Shown here piece after piece: positions 23,145 to 34,300 of a stretch of 64,000 nt of DNA. Each line of letters opens with the position of its first letter. Positions within the stretch are counted from its first letter, which is position 1. The DNA comes from Monocercomonoides exilis PA203 (Eukaryota; Protista; Preaxostyla). The stretch is taken from assembly GCA_001643675.2 (NCBI GenBank), contig LSRY02000004.1, positions 186,001-250,000 on the forward strand. The letters run 5' to 3'. The position numbers were made by a program, and so were the translations under genes. The notes below the pieces were generated by a model that was not told the DNA's origin, did no database searches, and saw nothing but the letters and a program-made list of their open reading frames with translations.

Positions 23145-26100
23145 TCATTCTATTTTTGACTTATTATTTTCATCTTCTAATGAAGGAGAATTATTTGTGA
23201 CAGAAGTCTTCCTCCCCTTTCCCTTTTTCTGAGATTTCCCTCCATTTTCTTTTTTTAAGTTGGCCTTTTCTAAGCTTCTTTTGAGCCTTTCATTCTTCCT
23301 TTTTTCCTCCTCTGCTCTTTTCATCTTCTGCTCATTCTTCCTTTTATTCTCTTCCAACGCCATCTGAAGCTCCTTTTCGAAGTTCTGTTCTCTTTCATAC
23401 TGCTCTGGATAATGTTCTTTATAGTAATCATCAGCGTCTTTCTTCATTTTTGCGAAACGTGATGAGTTACTCGAGAACAACGATCCAAGTATTGGAATAT
23501 TCGACAAAGTTGTTTCGATTGCTGAAGGTTGCTTCGCAGACGCCAGCGGAGTTGTTGTTGAACGTGAAGAAGAAGAAGAAGAAGAAGTGGAAGAAGTGGA
23601 AGCAGAAGCAGAAGATGACGAGGACTGACGCTTCGGCAATGATTTTGGTTGCTGTTTTGCCTTTGATGCAATATTTTGTATCTGTGGTTGAGTTCCCTGT
23701 GTATTTGTAGACGCAGATGTGGCAGCATTCATATGAACATGCTTGTTCTGCTTTGGAGGAGAGGTGCCGAGATGAATCCAACTGGGTGGAGGAGAGGCAG
23801 ACGAGAAGAAGAAGGAAATAAACAGCTGAATGAGTATTCCCACAGCAAGCCATATGCGGTTTCCTTCGGGTTTTGCGGAGAGGCTTGGAAGGAAAGGTAT
23901 CCAAAGGAATTTGATTGTTGTCGTATGACTGCTGACAGACAGATCACTGTTTCTATATCTCTCTTCCAGAATAAGCGAAACAGACATCGAGATAACTGAG
24001 ACTGCCACAGTGCACCACACAAAGATCTGCACAATCAGCTTCAATGTTCCATACAACTCTGATGCAAAGCGTTCATCTGCCTCGTCTCGCGGGTCTGGCT
24101 CGGGCTCATCTGCCATGCTCTCAGCAAGTGCTGTTGGATCGCTGTTTGCTCGGAGCATCATCATCTGCTCGATTGTGAGCGACGGGTTGACTGAACAGAA
24201 GCCAGGCAAGAGACTGAGAAAACAGATAAGCACAATAACACCAGTCACTGTGTAGCAGCGGAACAGTTCTTCTGGCTGGCGAACTGTGGTTGTGCGCGGC
24301 TTCGTCTTGTTGTTCATCCGCTCGGCCATTGCCTTGATTTCTTCTTCTGACATCTCGCGCTTCTTTGACTTCTTCCCACCTTTCTTGCTTCCACTTTCTT
24401 TCTCTGCTTGTTTCTCCTGTTTAGTCTCTTCAGGAATTTCCTTTTTCTTGCTTCCTTTTTCTGCTGTCTTTGGAGGCGTCTCAGGTTTTGACTCGCCCCA
24501 GTTCTCCATCAAGCTCATTCTCCACGAGCCTCCTCCAAGAAAAGTCACTGCTTCACCCAACCCAGCGCTGACCGGTATTGTTGTGTTCACAAAGCCGCCT
24601 GTTGCTCCACTTTCAGCAGCTGTTCCGTTGAATAAATAAGGTGTTTTGGCAAAGCTTTCAGCGGTTACTGCCAATGAAACAGTAAGCTCAGGCACAATTT
24701 TCGTGAGGACTGGAAGCGAATCTGATGAATTGAAAGAAACGTTTCCGAATGGAGCACCTTTTTGCCCGCGCTCAATGAAGAGCTGGCCTGTGTGTCCGCC
24801 CCACATGCCCCACGACCAATACAGCGGGAAGCACACATACAAACCACACGCCACAAAAAGCAGCAGCGTTTTTGTTCGTTTCTTCAGGATACGTGCTGGT
24901 GTCTGTTTTGAGAGATACCACACAAGGAGAAGAATGGTGTAGCTTCCGGGATTCGGAATTGGTATGAAAGAGAAATTCAAGCCAGAAAAACTCGAAATGG
25001 CACGTTGTATAAACTTTGGCAGAATAAGGTGGCTAAATAAAGGAATTGCATGCACATATCCCATTGGCGACACAGGCTTGAGCTCTGAGAAAATAGAGTA
25101 TTGCACTTCCTCATCTAAAGGTGATGTTCCAGCAATGATAAATGGAATCAGCACCCAACAAATCAGTTTGAACCAGCCTGAAAAATTCGTTGGATATGCA
25201 GGAATAATCTTTATATTTGCCAGAATTGCGAATATTTTTTGTGTTGCAGTAAGAATGCCACACAGTAAAGGAACCGTGATGCCGAATTCAGGATCGCCCC
25301 ACACAGAGGAATGAGACAAAGGTGTGGATGATGGAAGCGGAGGGAGGGTTTGGACTGGAGGAGAAAACATTGAAGGCGATAGGACAAATCCAAAGAAACG
25401 AAACAGGGCAGATGCAACAGGAACATCGCCATCTCCTCCGAAAAAGCCTCCAAGCGATGAATCTTGAAGAGGATAAGCATCATTCAAAGGGAAATAAGGA
25501 AGAACATTATTAAGACACCTTGGATCACAGCTTGTCCACTGCTTCAGTGCAACAATTGAAAAAACAAGACAAGCTAGAGTGATTTGAGAAGGAACGTGAG
25601 ATGCAATATCAATAAGAATATCTTCTATCTCTTTTTTTTGAGCCGAATGCTTCGAAATTGTGGATGGTGCAACAATAACAGAGATAGTTACAGATATGAA
25701 GAGGAGGAATACAAAGAGAAGGAACCCAAATAAGACGATTCCAGCTGTTGGGGTCCGAACATTTGAAGCGACTGAAAGTAAAAATGCTGTTGCAACTTTT
25801 GAAATTGCATCATACCATTTGATGCTTGTCCATAGAACGATCCATAACATAAGCATTGTCTTCAGCAAGCCTCTAGCATAATAAGCTCCACCAAATAATA
25901 TGTACATTGACAAAATTATACCAAATGCACCGATTGCAACTATGAACGTGGAACTATTAACATTTGAAAATGAAGACAAAAACGAGTTGAGGGAAGCCAA
26001 TTTTGTTGGTGCAAAAAAGGTCACAAAAGGTTTAACAACTGTAAGTTGTATATGCCTAACTAATGGTTCTATGAACGTGCTAAAAATGTGTCTTATTGAT

Positions 26101-26738
26101 ACCAATGGATTATGACGCCCAAATAAAAGAGACATCAGAGTAACTTTTTCTCTTGGAAACGCAGCAATTGAAAATGATGTTGAAAGCCCAAGAAATACCA
26201 AAATAATAAATCCAAATACGGCGCAAAAGTTAAATCGATACGTGTTGTCCTCCGAAATAATTTCCGAAAGTAAAAAGAATAAAAACGACACATAGATAAC
26301 TGACCACGCTGCCCAAAGTGCGAAAGTTCCTTTTCCAAATGATGTGGAACGAAAGAAAGCAACAAATGCATTGCTATCTAGCGAAGAACATTTGACCTTT
26401 GCAGGTAGTGAACGAAGATTTTTAATTGAATGAATGTTTGTATCTTTATGGAAAATTTTTCCTTGAAAAAGAACTGTACCGGGAGAATCGATCATGTTAC
26501 TATCTTCACGAGCTATAATGCTTATCGTAGTGTGCTTATCGACATCACTTGAAGACGAATCATTTGCAACCGGAGCAAATAATGAAAATGGAGGAATTAC
26601 AACAGAATTATGCGTTTTGGAATTACATGGAACAACGGCAATGATCTTTAATGTCTGATTTGACAGTACAGAAAGAATAAAGCCCAATAATATGCTTCCC
26701 AAAACGGAATAAACGGTAATTTTCACTCCTCTTTTCAT
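23145..26738 (-). CDS. Uncharacterised polytopic membrane protein (1197 aa) with charged cytosolic loops and a coiled-coil tail
   Basis: A single long ORF with more than a dozen hydrophobic segments. No family motif recognised. Confidence 0.8.
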   Translation of the reverse strand: MKRGVKITVYSVLGSILLGFILSVLSNQTLKIIAVVPCNSKTHNSVVIPPFSLFAPVANDSSSSDVDKHTTISIIAREDSNMIDSPGTVLFQGKIFHKDTNIHSIKNLRSLPAKVKCSSLDSNAFVAFFRSTSFGKGTFALWAAWSVIYVSFLFFLLSEIISEDNTYRFNFCAVFGFIILVFLGLSTSFSIAAFPREKVTLMSLLFGRHNPLVSIRHIFSTFIEPLVRHIQLTVVKPFVTFFAPTKLASLNSFLSSFSNVNSSTFIVAIGAFGIILSMYILFGGAYYARGLLKTMLMLWIVLWTSIKWYDAISKVATAFLLSVASNVRTPTAGIVLFGFLLFVFLLFISVTISVIVAPSTISKHSAQKKEIEDILIDIASHVPSQITLACLVFSIVALKQWTSCDPRCLNNVLPYFPLNDAYPLQDSSLGGFFGGDGDVPVASALFRFFGFVLSPSMFSPPVQTLPPLPSSTPLSHSSVWGDPEFGITVPLLCGILTATQKIFAILANIKIIPAYPTNFSGWFKLICWVLIPFIIAGTSPLDEEVQYSIFSELKPVSPMGYVHAIPLFSHLILPKFIQRAISSFSGLNFSFIPIPNPGSYTILLLVWYLSKQTPARILKKRTKTLLLFVACGLYVCFPLYWSWGMWGGHTGQLFIERGQKGAPFGNVSFNSSDSLPVLTKIVPELTVSLAVTAESFAKTPYLFNGTAAESGATGGFVNTTIPVSAGLGEAVTFLGGGSWRMSLMENWGESKPETPPKTAEKGSKKKEIPEETKQEKQAEKESGSKKGGKKSKKREMSEEEIKAMAERMNNKTKPRTTTVRQPEELFRCYTVTGVIVLICFLSLLPGFCSVNPSLTIEQMMMLRANSDPTALAESMADEPEPDPRDEADERFASELYGTLKLIVQIFVWCTVAVSVISMSVSLILEERYRNSDLSVSSHTTTIKFLWIPFLPSLSAKPEGNRIWLAVGILIQLFISFFFSSASPPPSWIHLGTSPPKQNKHVHMNAATSASTNTQGTQPQIQNIASKAKQQPKSLPKRQSSSSSASASTSSTSSSSSSSRSTTTPLASAKQPSAIETTLSNIPILGSLFSSNSSRFAKMKKDADDYYKEHYPEQYEREQNFEKELQMALEENKRKNEQKMKRAEEEKRKNERLKRSLEKANLKKENGGKSQKKGKGRKTSVTNNSPSLEDENNKSKIE

Positions 26739-26797
26739 GAATATTTAGATTAAGGGACGTTTTTTCCAAAATGATTTTATAATGGCATACAGGAAAA

Positions 26798-29164
26798 ATG
26801 ATATTTCGCAAATTCAAAATACATGGAAAGAGTGTGCCGCTGAATTATATCACTTTATTATTTTTATTTTATAATCTTTTACGCTATTTTCAGGATCCAG
26901 ACGAGCTTCATACAGAAATAAGCGTTGATCATCATCTTCTTGGCCTTTTAGCTGCTGCTTCATGTTCAATAACTGGAGACGGGCGCTATACATATAACCA
27001 AGATGAAACAGATGTAAAAACGGATTTTTTAGACATGGTTCCTGGTTCTCTTTATGTTGGTTTGAGAAATGTTCTTAATTTTCTTTTTTTATGGATTTTT
27101 TCTAATAGCACTTTTTGATGGACATGGAAATCTTCCTTTTACAAATAGAAAATCTGGAGGTGCTATTTCAACTTTTGTAAAAGAAAATCTTCGTCAACAT
27201 TTGACACACGAACTTAAAAAAGTTTATGTTCTTGCACATCGTGGGTTGTATCGGGCTCGTTCGTTGTCACACGTACCATTACGTTCCTCAAAGGCGCTAA
27301 GACAATTGAGCCCTTCTCTTTCTTTTATTCATTCAGCAAAACCTCAAAGCTCGCTTGATGGTTTCTCTCAAATTCCTATTAAGCGAGACAACACACCTTT
27401 GACAACAATTCATCATGAAGGACAAAGCGATGATATTCAAACAAACGAGAATAATCCACAGAATGGCAGTGATGCAGGAAAGGATAAAGAAAATTCACAG
27501 ACAGAAAATGAAAAGGAAGAAACTTCAAAGCATACTCATTCAACTTCTTCATCTTCTAATAACGAGTCAGGATCATCAGCGAATTTGTCCTTGGGTTCTT
27601 CAACCAATGAAAGTTCGAAGACATCACCACGAGAAGATGAAGAAGGTATTGCACTTCTAAAGCAATTTGCAATGCCATCAGACGGCGATGGAAGAGAAAT
27701 GGGTGTTTTTGGTCTTCCTATCTCTGCTGCATCTTCTCTTGATGCTTATTCCATTGGAATGTCAAACCTTCATGTTGACCCTCAAAAGATTGAAGAAGCT
27801 ATTTATTCTGGATTTAGAAAGACAAACGATGATTTGAAAGAGTTTTTGAAGAATGTGTGCTATTTTTTGCAACTTTGTCAAGAATATAATATTTTACGAA
27901 CATATATTAATATTTTGCCAACTTTCGAATTTTCTATAAAATTTGCTTTCAGAATAATTTGACAGGAGAAGGCAGCGGTGGAACAACTGCGATTGTGGCA
28001 GTTGTGCTGTATGACGAGTTATACGTGGCGTCTGTGGGCGACTCTCTCGCTGTGCTTGGATGCTACACCGAAAGCGATGTTGGAGTGGAGCCGCTGAACC
28101 GGAGGCATCATTGGTGCTGGGCGGACGAGTCGTCGCGGATCAGAGAGAAGAAAGGGACGTTTGTCCAGTGCCCGTCGGGAGGGTATCTGGTGGAGGAGCA
28201 GCACCGCTTCTGCCTGAGCATGTCGCGGTCGATGGGCGACTTCGAGTACGAGTCGGTGGGGCTGGTGCATCTGCCAGACATCACCCGGCACTCGTTCACT
28301 GGGTGGAGGGAGTTTGCGCTGCTACTCGCTTCAGACGGGGTGTCGGATGTTCTGACAGGGGAAGAGTGCATCCGGCTGCTTGGGGAGCACTACAACCACT
28401 TCATCGAGACCGACGAGGCAGACACCGCCCGCAGAACAGCCATCGTCAGCGAGGCAGCACACTTCCTCGTCAAGCGCGCCGAGGAAGAGTGGGAGAAGAC
28501 AGGCGCCGGCGCTGACACAGACAACATTTCTGTGTGTGTCGTGTTCTTCCCTCATGTGCCTCTTCTCCCGCCCCACGTGGCCATGGCGCAGTCACTCGAC
28601 GAGGTGGCAGCAGAGTTTGTGCGCAACCAATCGCCAGAGCGGTCGACAGGAAAAAAAGACCATCCGATCAAGCACCACCACCTCAGACTGGACGAAGACG
28701 GCATTCTTGGCGAGAAGCACCTCTCAAACAGCACAAGGGACAAGCAGCAGCAACAGCAACAGCAGCAGCTCAGTGGAGCTAAATATGCTGCCCACAAATC
28801 CCACAACACAGGAAAGTATTCTGGCGATGAATCTGCACACGACACGAAGGAGGATCAGGATGAATTAAACGAGGCAGACACAAAGCAAGTGGATGGCTAT
28901 GAGGATGAAGAAAGCGATGTTCTTGAAAACACAGACAACACTTCTTCAGGAAGAGCAGAGAATGAGAAGCGAGAGCACAAATCTTCGTTGAGCGTGCTGA
29001 CGTCAGAGGAAAGTGTTCCACCAATTCTGTCATTGATGCATTCCATTGCTATTGACTCAATTCCAGGTGCACATCGGGAAGATAAAGTGACATATGACTT
29101 AACCAGAAAACGAGAAGAAGATATTTTATATGGTGCTGAGGGTATTGGCGGAAGCCATTTATGA
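26798..29164 (+). CDS. Protein phosphatase 2C (PPM family), 4 exons
   Basis: Motifs NQD, YVALFDGHG (across an intron), GGTTA, VGDS, SRSMGD, LLLASDGVSD and DTDNISV. A long Ser-rich insert lies between DGHG and GTTA. Confidence 0.92.
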
Positions 29165-29456
29165 GGTGAGGTCTGTTGATAATTTTTGATTGCTTTTCAT
29201 TTCAAAATCTGTCAAGATAAATATTATTGAACAATTTTGAGATGCTTTTTCAAATTTCGTCTCGAAAAATTATCGTTGTATAACTTTTTTTTGTCAACTG
29301 TTCAAAAGTTATTATTGGATAATTATATTTAAATTAGTATAACTTTATAAAATAAGGAAAATGTTTTTTGTCATTAAAAAATCTTTACATATTATAAGAC
29401 TGATCATTTTCAGTTGGGGAAATAAATTGATCAATATAAGGAAGAAATAATCTTTC

Positions 29457-30081
29457 ATGCCACACTCCTGGGGTTATCGCGCACGTACAAAAACTCTTTT
29501 CCAACGTGGATTTAGACAGCATGGTATGACACCTTTGTCGACATACATGAGGAAATACAAACTCGGACAATACGTCGACATCAAGGTGAACTCATCCATT
29601 CACAAGGGCATGCCACATAAGTTCTATCATGGAAGAACTGGACGTATTTGGGATATTGCAAATCGTGCAATTGGCGTTGAAGTTAATAAGCGCGTCGGAA
29701 ATCGTATCATCAAGAAAGTTTGATTTTTGTTGATTTGAGATTATTCTCATTTTATTTTTAATTTCGAAAAAAATTAACAAATTATTGCTTTATTTTAAAT
29801 AATTATTCAAAATGTAGAGAATTCATGTTCGTGTTGACCATCTGAAACCATCAAGATGCAGAGATGATTTCGTTTTAAGAATGAAAACAAAATCAGGTGA
29901 GATATTTTTAACTTGCTAAATTTCGTGTTATTTTTCAAATTATTATTGTTGTTGTTTGCTTGTTTATTTCCATATTAAAGGCAAACGTAAGCCAAGAGGT
30001 CCAAGACGTGGTGGCTTCATCAATGTACCAAAAGGATGCATCACAACAATTCACCCGAAACCATATGCATTGATTGTTTAA
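29457..30081 (+). CDS. RPL21: 60S ribosomal protein L21 (eL21); exons 29457-29717, 29818-29896, 29981-30081
   Basis: [15 protein letters not shown]...[16 protein letters not shown]...IIKK|[18 protein letters not shown]...KRKPRGPR...PKPYALIV*. Confidence 0.98.
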
Positions 30082-30368
30082 ATAAACGGATATTAATATC
30101 CTGTTTTGAACTATCAAATCGAATTCATCATTTTCATTTCCACATCTCATTACCTTTCATCCCAAGGAGAGGCAAAAACACAGGTACATTTTTCATAATA
30201 ACTATTTTCTCTATTTCCAAAAATAAAAAAGATGTTGTCAAAGAACACAGCATCACTTGAAATATGTATACGAGTAAAAACATAATAAAGGAAGTAGATT
30301 CTAATCATAGATATGTGTTGTGGAGTGAGTACTCTCAGAGAAATGTTTCTGGCAAATTGTTCGATATC

Positions 30369-31057
30369 TTATCTGAGAGTCGACAGCTGAGACTTTAACC
30401 AGTCAAGAGAAAGATCTTCAGGATCTTTTAATTCCACGGTCTATTCAAGTTTGAAATAAAAAAAAAAATAATCAAGAGAAAATAGCAAGATTCATACCTT
30501 ATTTAACTTGAAATATCTTGTAATTGTTCCTTGTGCCGATGCATATAACCTTTGAAATAAAGAATTTACCAATTTTCAAGAAAAACAAAAAAACAAAATT
30601 ATAAAGAAAAAGATGATTGATTTTCTAAGCAATGAAAAGCTTAAATACATTGCCTGCTTTGCTGGAACAGAATAGGGAGAGTAATAAATTAAAATTAGAG
30701 GATATTGAATTCTTCCATCACCTCTTTCCCAACGGAAACTAATTTTTGAAAGAATGCAATTTATTTTTCAGAGAAAAAAAGAAACATCAACCTATGAATC
30801 ACAAATCTTGGCTCTGCATCCGGAAACTCTTCAATAAGGTCATCATATGATACATCGTCCAATTGTTTCTATTATTTTAAATGAAATGCGACAAAAGAAT
30901 GATGTTAAATGCATTAAATAAAGAATCACACCAATAAATGAACACATTGAGTCTCCGCATTAATTCCAAGTACCATTGCAGCGGACGGGGCATTGGAAAG
31001 TCTGAATTTGTTGAATTTTTCAAGAAGGCCCTCCTCGAAGGTGTGTGTCATGCCCAT
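30369..31057 (-). CDS. GMF: Glia maturation factor-like ADF-H/cofilin family protein, 5 exons
   Basis: The spliced product has KFNKFRLS...DDLIEEFPDAEPRFVIHSFRWERGDGRIQYPLILIYYSP...AMLYASA...EDLSLDWLKSQL, which are GMF signatures. Confidence 0.9.
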
Positions 31058-31360
31058 TGACTGTTCATTGAAGCAATATTTCAGGAATTTTTTTTCAAAT
31101 ATGTTTTGCAAAAAGAAATGCATTAATATATGATGTGCATTGATAAATATAAATACAATACATCAGAATCCTTTGCTATCGTAGACATTTGGAAAGATTG
31201 ATGATCTTCTATTGATCCATTCCAATATATAAGTGTGTTGATCCAATTCAATAAATGGCGTTTCAACCGGGTCATTTAAAGAGGGTTTGCAGAAATTTTT
31301 TTGAACCAATCATTATAAAATATCAACGCATTAAAAATAACTATTTACACTTTTACTAAA

Positions 31361-34300
31361 ATGAAGTCTGATGGACAAACACACGACACACAACAAGTGA
31401 CCTTCCAGCCGTTCTATACCGAAGGTTTACTGAAATTTTAAATTTTTTATGTTATTGTTATAATTGTTACTTAATTTATGCACACTACATTTTAAATTTC
31501 ATTTTTGTTATTTTGAAATGTTAAAATTTTATATTAAAAAATATATTTTTTTCAGGTTTTTCACCTCAGGTTGGATATCCCGCTCAACCTCCAGCGTACA
31601 ATTATCAAAAATTACCTCCCTTGCTTGGAACGCCTCCTGTTTTGATGGGTGTTCGTGTTGACGGCGTTGGGTATACCCTTGGACAATCTGTAATTGATTT
31701 CTCAGAAAAAAAGGATATTGACAGAAGCGACAGTCGTTCTCGTACAAAGTCTCATCACTCTAGTATCTCGCCACACAGGCGACATAAACGAGAAACCAGG
31801 CATCACTATGTCTGGGGTGATTCTTCAATTCGAGATAATTCAAGAACGAACAGTCGAAAAGAGCATTTTTCCAGGAAGCATGGTGTCCGCTATTCAAAAG
31901 GACGTCGATCTCGTTCAATTTCTCGCTCAGCATCAATGTCTTCATATTCATCATCATATTCCTCAAGATCAGATTCATTTTCTGGTTCGTCTTCAGTATC
32001 GCGCAGTTCTTCTCTATCGTCTTCCTCCTCGCGAAGTGAAACAACAACATCTTCCTCCTCCTCTTCCTCTTCATCCTCATCCACGTCGTCGTCATTTTCT
32101 TCCAGTCGCTCGTCCACATCTCGAAGCATTAGCAGAAGCAGGAGACACAGCATGATGCCTCACCAACATCTCTCACGGGCCTCTCACTACATTCAGCATT
32201 CTCGTTCATCCATCCGTTCGCAAAGCAGCCGCTATCACTCAAAGTCTATGAGAGCACCCTCCATCCAGCAGCGGTCGCACTCCAGGCCTTTGCACACACC
32301 GACTTCTTCCCCAAACATTGGTGCTTTGCAGCCAGGCGCTTCTGACCAGTCTCAACAGATGCTCGGCGCACACCCGCTTTCAATGCAGCCAGAAGCGAAT
32401 GGCGCTTTGCCAGAAGGCCTGCTGCCGACGCCAACGTATGGCACAGCGAATGGAATGCCGAATGCTTTGGCTCCTCCGCTCTCTTCATCCGCTTCCTCAA
32501 CAGGAGCATCTCCTTATTATGTCTCCTCCTTCGATGCTCTGCACCCATCTTCATACAGCGATGCACTCCAGACTCAGCCAGTCGCTATGAACATTCCACA
32601 AGCACAGCAGCCTGGCGTGCCTCACGCACATTCACATTCTTCTCTGTTCTCTTCTCCTTCTGTTATGAATCCAGCATATTCTTCACAGACAACACAGTCA
32701 ACAACATCTTCTGCACCTTCGCCTGTGTCTTCTTCTCATTCCTCTTCACTCTTCTCCATTCCAACATCTTCTCCATTTCCCTCTCGCCACACTTCAACAC
32801 CTTCTTCATCTTCTTCTTCAACATCTTCATCATCATCGTCCTCTTCCTCTTCCTCTACCTCTTTGTCTTCACATTCATCACTGCATACTTCCTCAAGTGA
32901 ATCTATCACTTCTTCCTCTTCTTCTTCTTCTTCTTCAGCCACAAAGCAATCATCTCCCAGTTCTCCTTCGTCATCGCATCAGTCAAGTCCGCTGTTTTCT
33001 ATTCCTCCTTCTCCATTTCGATCAACTCCGCCTTCAATTCTGTCTGTTTCTGCATCTCATCATCATTCATCATCTTCTTCTTCTTCTCTTTCTGAATCCT
33101 CTGCCAGTGTTGCTTCTCCCTCTTCTCATTCTCTCAATTCACAGCCATCACACAACACACTTCTGCCATCCTCTTCTACAGCACGTGAATCATCTTCCTT
33201 GTCATCTCCATCATCATCGTCATCATCTTCATCATCATCATCTTCTTCTTCTTCTTCATCAACTTCATCTTCTTCCTCTGGTTCTTCTCCTTATCTCTCT
33301 TCGCTTCGTCACAGCTCCTCCTCTTCCTCTCATCTCGGCTTCTCCTCTCTTCCAGGCACATCCGCCCACCAACACTCAAAGGGATTATCTCTGTCAGCTG
33401 CACCAGGGCTGTCAATGGGATACAGCTTAGACACACAAAGAGAAGGCATTCTGGGTGATTCGCCTTATTCTTCACTGTCAGGTGCACAAACATCGCATTC
33501 TTCAATAACATCATCATCATCATCATCATCTGCTATTGCTACTGCTTCTGTTGGAAGTCTTCAAAATGCTCAGTCCTCTTCAATCTCTTCCTCCTCTTCC
33601 TCGTCATTATCATCATCTACTTCTTCCCCTTCTTCTTCTTCTTCTTCTTCTTCAACAGACAAATCAGAATCGTCTGCAGAATTGACCAGTTACTCTGCTG
33701 CTCCCTCAAAACTCATAAGAGATGTGCTTCAGATGGGGCTGCTGTCAACTGCAGATTCCATCAGGTTCAACAGAGAGAGAGGCAAATGGCGAGGGAAAGA
33801 CAGCACGAAGAAGGCGCTTCATTCAGCTAAGCTCAAAAGTGAGATGAGCAAGAGCGAAATGGAAGCTGTTTCAGAGGATGTGCCAGCATTTGATTTGGAA
33901 GGCGAAAACGAAGAGAGATTTGAGCGGTCGCATTTGAGCACATCGTCGCAGATCTGCTTGGGAGTGTTTGACGAGGCGAAGGGGAATGCCCTCAGAGCAG
34001 CGCATCCAGCAGAAGTGAGGGTGAGGGAGCAGAAGGAGGCAGCGTTCAGAGAGAAGGAGAGGGAAGAGCTGATGAGGAAGAAGAAGAAGAAGGGGAAAGG
34101 GAAAGACGCCGCTGCTGAGAAGGAAGAAAGCGCGAAGGAGAAAGAGCAGAAGGAGAAAGAAAAAGAGAAAGCTAGGCGAAGAGAATCCGACAAGAAGGAG
34201 GTGTTTGACTGGGGCATATCGCATCTGCTTCGGGAGATGGCGTCGACGTTGTCGCAGGCTGTGTCTGAGGGCGTGGCGCTGTCAGTTGTCTCCTCGTTTG

